Assembly: GCA_002269645.1 (NCBI GenBank)
Contig: NIVC01000593.1
Coordinates: forward strand, 243,454-307,453
Reading direction: 5' to 3'
From: Macrostomum lignano
Lineage: Eukaryota
Length of the DNA stretch: 64,000 bases
Positions 12,798-24,400 of the stretch are shown here, piece by piece (positions within the stretch are counted from its first letter, which is position 1; each line of letters begins with the position of its first letter). Made by a program: the position numbers and the translations under genes. The notes under the pieces were generated by a model. That model made no database searches, was not told the origin of the DNA, and saw only the letters and a program-made list of their open reading frames with translations.

Positions 12798-14494
12798 GTT
12801 CTTTCAACATACTTAGGAATTAAAAAGGCTGGTAAACAAAGGAGACAAACAAAACAGTTTAGTGAATTGGCGAATTCACACAATTTTATTGATTTTTCTT
12901 GCCATAAAATAAGTGTATATATTGCTGGTTAAAATGGATGTGGGAAACAAATTTATGCGAGGTTTACTTTAAGAATTTTTTTACTTATTTACTTTGTTCT
13001 AGAACTGACTATTATGGATGACGCTGACAGACACCTGGCTGCGTCTTCTCAGGTGGCTGCATTATCAGAGTTTGTTTTAATTTCTGCAGCACTCTTGCCT
13101 CTGAGGAGTCGCCAGATGTCTGGGCGTGTATCGCGTAGGTAAAAGGCGCCTAAAGAAAACTTGCTAGTTAGCACAACACCGATATAGAGGAGAGTAGACA
13201 GATGTCAGATAAAACCCTAGCAGTTTCTACTAAAAGTAATACAAACGTTAAAACACTAAAAAATAAAACGTGAGGACGCGCGCGCGATTATGAGTTGTCC
13301 CGTGCCTGTTTTCGGGCTAATATTAAAATAAACAATAGCATTAATGGTGCAGCGCGATACCGCTCGGCCTTAAAATAACCAGGCCAGAGACGGATGAAAA
13401 CGCACTTTTTTCGAAACAAACAAGATCCACAGAAACACCCAAACAGGCGCTACAACAGGAATAAACAGCATCGAGTTTATTATGCATTGTTAGGGTGGGG
13501 AGGGATATAAGCTGGAAGGTTTTGAGAAACGAATGTCAAGTTACTCTTGTAATCGTTGTTGGAGTTTCTCAATTTGTGACCTTTTTAAGCGAATCTACGT
13601 TGTTTTTAGATGGTCTCTTATATTTTTAGAGGCTCTCTACGTCTGCAGAGGCTCATTATGTTTTGTGTTTTACAGGGGCTCTACATTGTTTTTGGGGGTT
13701 CTCTACGTTGTTGCAGAGGCTTTCTACGTTGTTGCAAAGGCTCTCTACGTTGTTGCTAGAGGCTCTCAATCGTAGCGCTTCATAGAAGTTGCTTCGATGG
13801 GGCTCTCGTGATTTTTCCGATAATATTTAGAATTCTTTTTACTAAGTTGAACAACAACGAGGACAATGAGGACAAAAACAATAATGATTAGCAACATAAT
13901 TTATGGGCCAGAGTTAACATATAATTACGATAGCTACTAGACATTTGCATTGAGGAACGTTAAAACAAATATAAATAAATATTTAGCATTGAATTTGTGA
14001 AATGATTATTGCAACCTTGGATTAGCTCATCAGCGTATATCGAGCGCGTGACAATGCATGAATTCTGCGAGTTCGGAAGGAGTCTAATGAGGGGCCCAGT
14101 TAAGCTATGGTCGGCACCCGCTTCTCATTCACTAACTTAGACACGAGCTCTAAGGACTAAGTACGAGCTATTTGAATCAACTATAACTAGGCTTAAAAAC
14201 GCGTTCTTTATAGAAATAGAATGAATGCTACTGTAAGATAAGATGGGATTAATGTATCGGCAATAACGGGGAGGAAAACAAATACAAATGTGGGGCATAG
14301 GACTGAAACAGAAAACCAGATAATCTGGTTAATATAATAGAGGAAACAAAGAAAATAAAACTATTTTAGATGTGTACTATTTTCATAAGCACAGGCAATG
14401 ACCGATGGGAATAACTTCATTCGTTCTTCGCAATTTATGTCGTAGTTTACCCAGATTTTTTGGGATTCCCCGTCCTCTGGAGAAGATTACACTC

Positions 14495-15091
14495 CATGGA
14501 ATTTCCCAGACACTGCAGAGTTCTATGGAATTTCCTAGACACTGCAGAGTTCTATGGAATTTCCCAGACACTGCAGAGTTCTATGGAATTTCCCAGACAC
14601 TGCAGAGTTCTATGGAATTTCCCAGACACTGCAGAGTTCTATGGAATTTCCTAGACACTGCAGAGTTCTATGGAATTTCCCAGACACTGCAGAGTTCTAT
14701 GGAATTTCCCAGACACTGCAGAGTTCTATGGAATTTCCCAGACACTGCAGAGTTCTATGGAATTTCCTAGACACTGCAGAGTTCTATGGAATTTCCCAGA
14801 CACTGCAGAGTTCTATGGAATTTCCCAGACACTGCAGAGTTCTATGGAATTTCCCAGACACTGCAGAGTTCTATGGAATTTCCTAGACACTGCAGAGTTC
14901 TATGGAATTTCCCAGACACTGCAGAGTTCTATGGAATTTCCCAGACACTGCAGAGTTCTATGGAATTTCCTAGACACTGCAGAGTTCTATGGAATTTCCC
15001 AGACACTGCAGAGTTCTATGGAATTTCCCAGACACTGCAGAGTTCTATGGAATTTCCTAGACACTGCAGAGTTCTATGGAATTTCCCAGAC
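14495..15091. repeat. 29-bp minisatellite (ATGGAATTTCCCAGACACTGCAGAGTTCT)
   Basis: About 20 near-identical units, about 350 nt downstream of the AVL9 stop. Confidence 0.95.
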
Positions 15092-15438
15092 AGACACTGT
15101 AGAACTATAGATGCTAAATATGAGTAGTAATCTACGATATTTTGTTGAAAACAAAGACTATTATATATAAGGATTATACTCGTATATGTGACTTGTAGAC
15201 GATAATTGTTACTATGCCTTTGCTCCGGGTGCTCACAAGTATAGCGGATATAATATAAGTGATGCAGGTAGTATGGATAAGTAGCGACTACTGACAGTCT
15301 ATCAGTTGTAAAGTCACCCCAATCGATGTACTTCGAAGTACACGCTAGCACGGCTCGTTTCGCTTCGTCTACTTGTTTCGTTTTTCTATGGTCTTTGTTG
15401 TCAATATCGTGTCTTTGTTCGACCTGCGCTAAGGCAGG

Positions 15439-18400
15439 TCATTTCAGGTCGACAGCGTCGGCCTCGCCGCCGGCTTGTCCAGCCTCCTCGGCTCCGGGGA
15501 CGGCCTCGCCGCCGCTGAACCTGGAGGCCGCCTTGGACTGAAGGCCGGTGAAGAAGCCCGACATGGCGCTGCGAGCGTTGAAGATGGCGCCGCCTGGTTT
15601 TTAATAGCGGGAAGGAGAGACGGTTGAAGCGTTGGCAGTTGGCAGTAATATTGTTAAACTTAGCGGATTCAGCGCCTCACAGCCACACTCAGAGTCATTC
15701 AAGACGCACTAAGCGTCATTTAAGACGCACTAAGCGTCATTTAAGACGCACTCAGCATCATTTAAGACGCACTCAGCGTCATAAAGACACACTCAGCGTC
15801 ATCGAAACACTCAGTGTCATTTAAGACGCACTCAGCATCATTTCAGATACACTCAGCATCATTTAAGACGCACTCAGCGTCATAAAGACACACTCAGCGT
15901 CATCGAAACACTCAGTGTCATTTAAGACGCACCCAGCATCATTTCAGATACACTCAGCATCATTTAAGACGCACTCAGCATCATTTCAGATACACTCAGC
16001 ATCATTTAAGACGCACTCAGTGTCATTGAAACACACTCAGCGTCATTTAAGACACGCTCAGCGTCATTGAAACACACTCAGCGTCATTGAAACACACTCA
16101 GCGTCATTGAAACACGCTCAGCATCATTGAAACACACTCAGCGTCATTGAAACACGCTCAGCGTCATTGAAACACGCTCAGCGTCATTGAAACACACTCA
16201 GCGTCATTCAAGACGGACTCTGCGTCATTTAAGACACACTCAGCGTCTGTAAGACACTCAGGGCCCTTAGGACACACTCGGAGCCTTAGGACACACTCGG
16301 AGCCTTAGGACACACTCGGAGCCTTAGGACACACTCGGAGCCTTAGGACACACTCGGAGCCTTAGGACACACTCAGGGCCCTTAGGACACACTCGGGGCC
16401 TTAGGACACACTCAGGGGCCTTAGGACACACTCGGGGTCTTAGGACACACTCAGGGGCCTTAGGACCCAATCAGAGACCTTTGAGACAAATTCAGCATTG
16501 CACACACACATTAACAAATTCCGCACGCTTAGCCACCAAGAAGACTGGCGATAACCCACCGAAAGCCTTCCCGGTGTCCTCGATCACGCGGCCAGTGGAC
16601 TGCACGGCGTTAGTCACTTTGCGGCCCTGCTCCGTGCCGGTCAGCAGCTGGTTGAACTTCATCCCGATGGCCGACTGGCCGTGGCAGGGGTGCTGGGGAT
16701 TCTCCATGCTGGCCAGGCCGCGGTGGTCGTGGGCCGACCAGACCTTGAAATGGTAGGTCTTCTGCAGAGCCCGGATGAACGAGGCGTTGAAGTCCTGCCA
16801 GTCCTCCGACTCCCCACTCTTGGCGGCCAGCAGTGCCGACAGCAGGTACATGCGGAACTGGGAGCGCAGCCAGTCGTCCGAGCCCTCGGAATCTGCGGAG
16901 ATGTTGAGGGTTAGGGTTAGCAAGACCCATTGGTTTGCGTTTGAATTGGAAGGTAGTGGATTTTATAGATTAAAAAAACTAAAAACTGAAAATATACTAT
17001 TTGGGTAGTTGAGGACGCTTTGATGGGTGACGGGTCAGGTTTTGATTAGTGCTGGATGGGATTTGATGGCTGAGGGATGGGGTTTTGATGGCTGAGGCAT
17101 GGGGTTTTGATGGCTGAGGGATGGGGTTTTGATGGCTGAGGGATGGGGTTTTGATGGCTGAGGGATGGGGTTTTGATGGCTGAGGGATAGGGTTTTGATG
17201 GCTGAGGGATGGGGTTTTGATGGCTGAGGGATGGGGTTTTGATTGGTGCAGGATGGGGGTTTTAATGGGTGGGGATGGCTAAGGGATGGGGTTTTGATGG
17301 CTGAGGGATGGGGATTTGATGGGTGATGGCATTAATCGGATGCTTCATGCGGATATTTGAGTCAAATTTCTGCAATTCAAAAATCGCGTAAATAAACTTG
17401 CGCAGAAGTCGGCATGCCATTTTAACGCTGGGATCGAGGATTAACAATTATATCATTATTGTAACCAGCCTAACCTTAAATGAATTTTTTCTGTTGTGAA
17501 AGGTTTAACTGGTAAAAAATCAATTAAAATATCCGCACAGCAGGCAATGACAGATAGATTATCGTGCATGAATTGTATAACTGCGCCTGTCCAATGCAGG
17601 TATGCAATCCAGGTGAGATTGGCAGGGAACTTCTTCGAGATTTTGGAAATTACAACTCGTTCTTCTTTCCAGAGTTAAAAAATCCTCAACAACACATCGG
17701 ATCTCATGGGGAATTGAACTTCCAGAGCTACTGAGATGTGCAGAGCTGCTTTGAGGTCGCGGATAGCTTTGAAACAAGAGAGACAAGACATGAATAGAAA
17801 AATCAGAGATAAGAGAGGCTGGGAGAGAGAGATCAAAGATAAGAGAGGCTGAGAGAGAGAGATCAGAGATAAGAGAGGCTGGGAGAGAGAGATCAAGATA
17901 AGAGAGGCTGGGAGAGAGATCAAAGATAAGAGAGGCTGGGAGAGAGATCAAAGATAAGAGAGGCTGGGAGAGAGAGATCAAGATAAGAGAGGCTGGGAGA
18001 GAGAGATCAGAGATAAGAGAGGCTGGGAGAGAGAGATCAAGATAAGAGAGGCTGGGAGAGAGATCAAAGATAAGAGAGGCTGGGAGAGAGAGATCAAAGA
18101 TAAGAGAGGCTGGGAGAGAGAGATCAAAGATAAGAGAGGCTGGGAGAGAGAGATCAAAGATAAGAGAGGCTGGGAGAGAGAGATCAGAGATAATAGAGGC
18201 TGGGAGAGAGAGATCAAAGATAAGAGAGGGGCTGAGAGAGAGAAATCAGAGATAAGAGAGGCTGGGAGAGAGAGATCAAAGATAAGAGAGGCTGAGAGAG
18301 AGAGATCAAAGATAAGAGAGGCTGGGAGAGAGAGATCAAGATAAGAGAGGCTGGGAGAGAGAGATCAAAGATAAGAGAGGCTGGGAGAGAGAGATCAAAG

Positions 18401-21400
18401 ATAAGAGAGGCTGGGAGAGAGAGATCAGAGATAGAGAGGGGCTGAGAGAGAGAAATCAGAGATAAGAGAGGGGCTGAGAGAGAGAAATCAGAGATAGGAG
18501 AGGCTGGGAGAGAGAGATCAAAGTTAAGAGAGGCTAGGAGAGAGAGATCAAAGATAAGAGAGGGGCTGAGAGAGAGAAATCAGAGATAAGAGAGGCTGGG
18601 AGAGAGATATCAAAGATAAGAGAGGGGCTGGGAGAGAGAGATCAGAGATAAGAGAGGCTGGGAGAGAGAGATCAGAGATAAGAGAGGCTGAGAGAGATCA
18701 AAGATAAGAGAGGCTGGGAGAGAGAGATCAAAGATAAGAGAGGCTGGGAGAGAGAGATCAGAGATAATAGAGGCTGGGAGAGAGAGATCAAAGATAAGAG
18801 AGGCTGGGAGAGAGAGATCAAAGATAAGAGAGGCTGGGAGAGAGATATCAAAGATAAGAGAGGGCTGGGAGATCAAGATAGAGAGGGCTGGGAGAGAGAG
18901 ATCAAGATAAGAGAGGCTGGGAGAGAGAAATCAGAGATAAGAGAGGCTGGGAGAGAGAGATCAAAGATAAGAGAGGCTGGGAGAGAGAGATCAAAGATAA
19001 GAGAGGCTGGGAGAGAGAGATCAAGATAAGAGAGGCTGGGAGAGAGAGATCAAGATAAGAGAGGCTGGGAGAGAGAGATCAAAGATAAGAGAGGCTGGGA
19101 GAGAGAGATCAGAGATAAGAGAGGCTGGGAGAGAGAGATCAGAGATAAGAGAGGCTGGGAGAGAGAGATCAGAGATAAGAGAGGCTGGGAGAGAGATCAA
19201 AGATAAGAGAGGCTGGGAGAGAGAGATCAAAGATAAGAGAGCTGGGAGAGAGAAATCAGAGATAGAGAGGGGCTGAGAGAGAGAAATCAGAGATAAGAGA
19301 GGCTGGGAGAGAGAGATCAAAGTTAAGAGAGGCTGGGAGAGAGAGATCAAAGATAAGAGAGGGGCTGAGAGAGAGAAATCAGAGATAAGAGAGGCTGGGA
19401 GAGAGATATCAAAGATAAGAGAGGGGCTGGGAGAGAGAGATCAGAGATAAGAGAGGCTGGGAGAGAGAAATCAAAGATAAGAGAGGCTGGGAGAGAGAGA
19501 TCAGAGATAAGAGAGGCTGGGAGAGAGAAATCAGAGATAAGAGAGGCTGGGAGAGAGAAATCAGAGATAAGAGAGGCTGGGAGAGAGAGATCAGAGATAA
19601 GAGAGGGGCTGGGAGAGAGAGATCAGAGATAAGAGAGGCTGGGAGAGAGAGAGATCAAGATAAGAGAGGCTGGGAGAGAGATCAAAGATAAGAGAGGCTG
19701 GGAGAGAGAGATCAAAGATAAGAGGGGCTGAGAGAGAGAAATCAGAGATAAGAGAGGCTGGGAGAGAGAGATCAAAGATAAGAGAGGGGCTGAGAGAGAG
19801 AAATCAGAGATAAGAGAGGGGCTGGGAGAGAGAGAAATCAAAGATAAGAGAGGGGCTGAGAGAGAGAAATCAGAGATAAGAGAGGGGCTGAGAGAGAGAA
19901 ATCAGAGATAAGAGAGGCTGGGAGAGAGAAATCAGAGATAAGAGAGGGGCTGAGAGAGAGAAATCAGAGATAAGAGAGGGCTGAGAGAGAGAAATCAGAG
20001 ATAAGAGATGGGCTGAAAGAGAGAAATCAGAGATAAGAGAGGGCTGAGAGAGAGAAATCAGAGATAAGAGAGGGGCTGGGAGAGAGAGATCAGAGATAAG
20101 AGAGGCTGGGAGAGAGAGATCAAAGATAAGAGAGGGCTAGGAGAGAGAAATCAGAGATAAGAGAGGCTGGGAGAGAGAGATCAGAGATAAGAGAGGGGCT
20201 GGGAGAGAGAAATCAGAGATAAGAGAGGCTGGGAGAGAGAAATCAGAGATAAGAGAGGGGCTGAAAGAGAGAAATCAGAGATAAGAGAGACTGGGAGAGA
20301 GAAATCAGAGATAAGAGAGGGCTGGGAGAGAGAAATCAAAGATAAGAGAGGGCTGGGAGAGAGAAATCAGAGATAAGAGAGGGCTGAGAGAGAGAAATCA
20401 GAGATAAGAGAGGGCTGAGAGAGAGAAATAAGAGATAAGAGAGGGCTGAGAGAGAGAAATCAGAGATAAGAGATGTAGGCACCTGCTGCCCAGTGCTTGC
20501 ATAATAAGTGTTTTTAGTCCTGGTGTGCATTTCCGATGTACATCCAATATTCTTGGCTTTCTGTTTTTAATGTACGCAGTCTCAACTGCAGGGTCGCTGC
20601 TAAATATATAAATCGATCGCACAGAGCCTACAATAGATTGAGGCTTTATCGGCTACACACAACACATAACTTTCTCTCGGCTTCGCTCTCTACAGTGGCG
20701 TCGCAAGCCGCCTACCGCGTGGTAAACAAATCATGGCAGCCAACTTTCTCTCACTGCCCCCACCTGAGCCATTCTCAGTATCAGCAGACCCACACAACGC
20801 GGGCAAGCGCTGGAGTCAATGGGCAGACCGCTTCGAAGATTTCATCGATGCATCAGGCATCACCAACGAGAAGCAAAAGTGCAAACTACTCAGCTACACA
20901 GCAGGCAAGGAAATCGCCGACATCATCCGCGAGGAGGCCAAGCCTGCAGCGGCCACAGAGGACGGCCAAGTCACCCTCAAGCAGACGCTGGACGCTTTGA
21001 AGACATTCTTCAACGGAAGAAAGAACATCGTATTTGCCAGATATCAGTTCCGCCTATGCACCCAGGCCACCGGAGAGTCCATCGAATCCTGGTACGCCAG
21101 ACTGCGCACTGCGGCAGAGCCGTGCGACTTCGAGCAGCTGAAGGACTCGCTCATCAGAGACCAGCTCGTGGCAACCTGCAGCTCTGACAAGCTGCGCAGG
21201 CGGCTGCTTCAGGAGGCGAACATCAGCCTGGAGGAGGCCTTGCGAAAGGCGAGGGCATTCGAGGCTGCTGAGGAACAAGCCACTGAGATGGAGAAGGCAG
21301 ACTCGCACGTGGCCAGCGTTGCTAAGGACGACAAGGTGAGAACGAACAGGCGTGGCCCGGCTCAGACGACCAGCAGGCCCGGCGACCAGCAGCAGCGCAC

Positions 21401-24400
21401 CTGCTACCGCTGCGGCGAGAAAGGCCACGCTACCTGCGACGCTGCCAAGGGCAAGATCTGCCACAACTGCGGCAAGCCCAATCACCTCGCTCTTGCCTGC
21501 CGTCAGCCTCGGCAGTCAAACAGCAGCCGGATCCCACAGCAGCAAATCAGCACCAATGCTGTATTCACAGCTGCCGACGGCTCCGTCAACGAGGATGTGT
21601 TCGCGCTGTACAACCGCAACAAATACCCATCCGACGTCTCACTGACTGTGCAGGTGGCAAACCGGCAGCTTCCCATGATGATTGACAGCGGAGCCAGCTG
21701 CAGTATCATGAGTCTCGGCACCTTCAGAGCGCTCAGCCTGCCAAGCCCACGCCCAACAAGAGCCGAAGTTCGTGCCTACGGTGTACCGACACCTCTCAGG
21801 ATTGTGGGTACCGCCGATCTTGACATCCAAGTGGGATCTGCCAGAACTACCGCGACTTTCCACATCATGGACGGCGACGGGCTGACGATACTAGGGCGTC
21901 AGCCCGCATTCAAGCTAGGAGTGCTGAAGATCCAGCGACCTGAAGCTACCAAGCCGCAAAACATCAACGCCATCGCCGACACCACACCCCCCGAGCAGTA
22001 TAGCGACCCCCAGCTCAAGGCCATCCTGCAGAGGCACAAAGAAGTCTTCAACGGCATCGGCTGCATTAAGGGTGTAGAGGTCCAGATCCAGCTGTCCGAT
22101 GACGCTGTTCCAGTCTGCCAGGCGCCCTCACGTGTGGCGGCGCACCTGAAAGAGGCCGTAGTGGACGAGCTCAAGGCTTTGGAGGAGCAGGGCATCATTG
22201 AGGCAGTCAAAGGTCCTAGCGCCTGGGTGTCACGCATGGTGGTGGTGCCCAAGGGCGACGGTGGCGTTCGAATCTGCCAAGACCTCCGTAATCTCAACGC
22301 TTTCGTCATCCCAGAGAAGCAGCAAATCCCCACGCTGGACGAAATCACCGAGGAAATGGCAGACGCCAAGCTGTTCAGCGAACTCGATATCCGGAAGGCT
22401 TTTTATCAGATCCCAGTCCACGAGAGCAGCCGTCACCTCTTCACCTTCAGCACGCCCCTCGGACTGATGCGGCTCAAGAGGCTCAGCATGGGGTTCACAA
22501 ATGCCTCGGAAATCCTTCAACGAGTCATGCTTGGCATCCTCAGCGGCATCGACGGCGTCCGGTGGGCGCACGACGACGTGGTGGTGTACGCCTCCGATAT
22601 GAAACAGCACCATGAGAGGCTGGACGCCTGCCTTCAGCGCCTCCGAGAGTTCGGGATCACCCTCAATCAGGACAAGTGCAGGTTCGCCCGGCCGACTGTC
22701 GAGTTTCTCGGGATGCGCCTGACCGCCCGGGGCATGCAACCGGCCACCGAGAAAATTGACGCCATGCAGAACTTCCGAGAGCCCTCCAACGTGGCCGACG
22801 TCCGCTCTTTCCTGGGAACCGCTAACTTCCTGGCAAAGTTCATCCCGAACTTCGCTGACCTCGCGGCCCCACTCCGGCAGCTAACGAAGAAGGGCCAAGC
22901 CTGGGAGTGGACAGAAAAACACACAGCGGCGTTCAACGGCATCAAGAAGGCAATCACAGACGCGGACACGCTGGCCTTTTTCGACCGCAGACTGCACACG
23001 GAGCTCCTGGTGGACGCATCGCCAATCGGCCTCGGCGCCATCCTCACGCAGCGGCAGCCAGACGGCAACAGCAGACCCGTCGCCTACGCCAGCAGAGCCC
23101 TCTCGCCGGTGGAGCAGCGGTACGCGCAGATCGAGCGGGAGGCGTTGGCCATCAAATTTGGGTGTCTCAAGTTTGAGCACTATCTGGCTGGCGACCCAGA
23201 CTTCACCGTGGTGACGGACCACCGACCGCTCGTGCCGCTTTTCAAGCCTGGCTCCCGTCCGCCACCGCGGATCGAGCGAATGGCGCTGCGCATTCAGCAT
23301 CTCCGCTTCAACCTGCTCTACCGGCCAGGCTCGACCAACCCGGCTGACCTGCTGAGTCGGCAGCCACTGCCAGAGCGGCGTCGGAATGTAGGTGAAGAGC
23401 TCGACGCCGCCTTCATCAACGCCGTGTCGACCGGGGCCGTGCCGAAGGGCTTCAGTCTCGACCAGGTTCGGGAAGCATCGCGCACCGACAGGGACGTCCA
23501 GGCGGCGCTGAACGCGATTCGAACCGGCCGCTGGGACATGCGAGCGGCAGCCCAGCGCTCCTTCAAGTCCATCAGCGGCGAACTGTCGGAAAGCGACGGA
23601 GTATTACTCCGCGGTGACCTCATCGTCATCCCCGAGTCGCTGCGCAGGCCGATCCTTCAACTGGCGCACACCGGTCATCTGGGCGCCGACCGCACCCTTA
23701 AACGCCTGCAGACGAAGGTGTGGTGGCCTCGGATGCGCAGCGACTGCGAGCTCTTCGTCCAGTGCTGCACACTGTGCCAGGCTGCGGCCACCGGATTGCG
23801 ACAGACACCATTGAGGCCGACGGAAATTCCGGACGGTGCCTGGCTGCTACTAGGCATGGATTTCTACGGCCCAGTGCAGGGCCAGATGCTCCTGGTCACC
23901 ACCGACTTGTATTCAAAATACCCAGAAGTCAATTTTCTCAACTCGACGACGGCGGAGAGCGTGATCCCCCACCTGCGGAGGCTGTTCGGCAGATACGGCG
24001 TCCCGATTGAGGTGGTCACTGACAACGGCCCGCCATTCAGCTCGGCAGCTTTCCGCAGCTTCCTCGCTTCGTACGGCATTCACCACCGCCTCATCTGCCC
24101 GCTGCACCCAGAATCCAATGGAGCGACGGAGCGAGTCAACCGCAGCATCGGGAAAGTGATTCAGACGGCAGTGGCCGAAGGTCGGAACTGGCGGGAGGCT
24201 ATCGAGGACTGGCTGTTGGCGTTCCGCACGACACCACATCGAGCGACCGGCCGCGCACCCGCTGAGCTACTCATGGGCAGGACGATGAACAACGGCATCC
24301 CGACCATCAAACCATCACAGCTCATCGACGTTAACCATGAAGAGGTGCAGAGCTGGCACAGAAACTATGTCCAAGACATGAAGGCGCGTTTCGATGATCG

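Noticed and set aside
14495-15091. 29-bp direct repeats resembling a CRISPR array
   Set aside because: Units are contiguous with no unique spacers, there are no cas genes, and the context is eukaryotic.
6760-16467. CTAGGG and TTAGG motifs within satellite units as telomeric repeats
   Set aside because: Embedded in 19-32-bp units and never tandem (TTAGGG)n.
2162-19841. Many repetitive ORFs (SSMRIDQLV, GSAALPVDFLLV, NTQIYTLPKFH, MEFPRHCRVLWNF, ISLSQPLLSL)
   Set aside because: Each is the reading frame of a tandem array lying in an intron, UTR or intergenic gap, with no codon-level or domain support.
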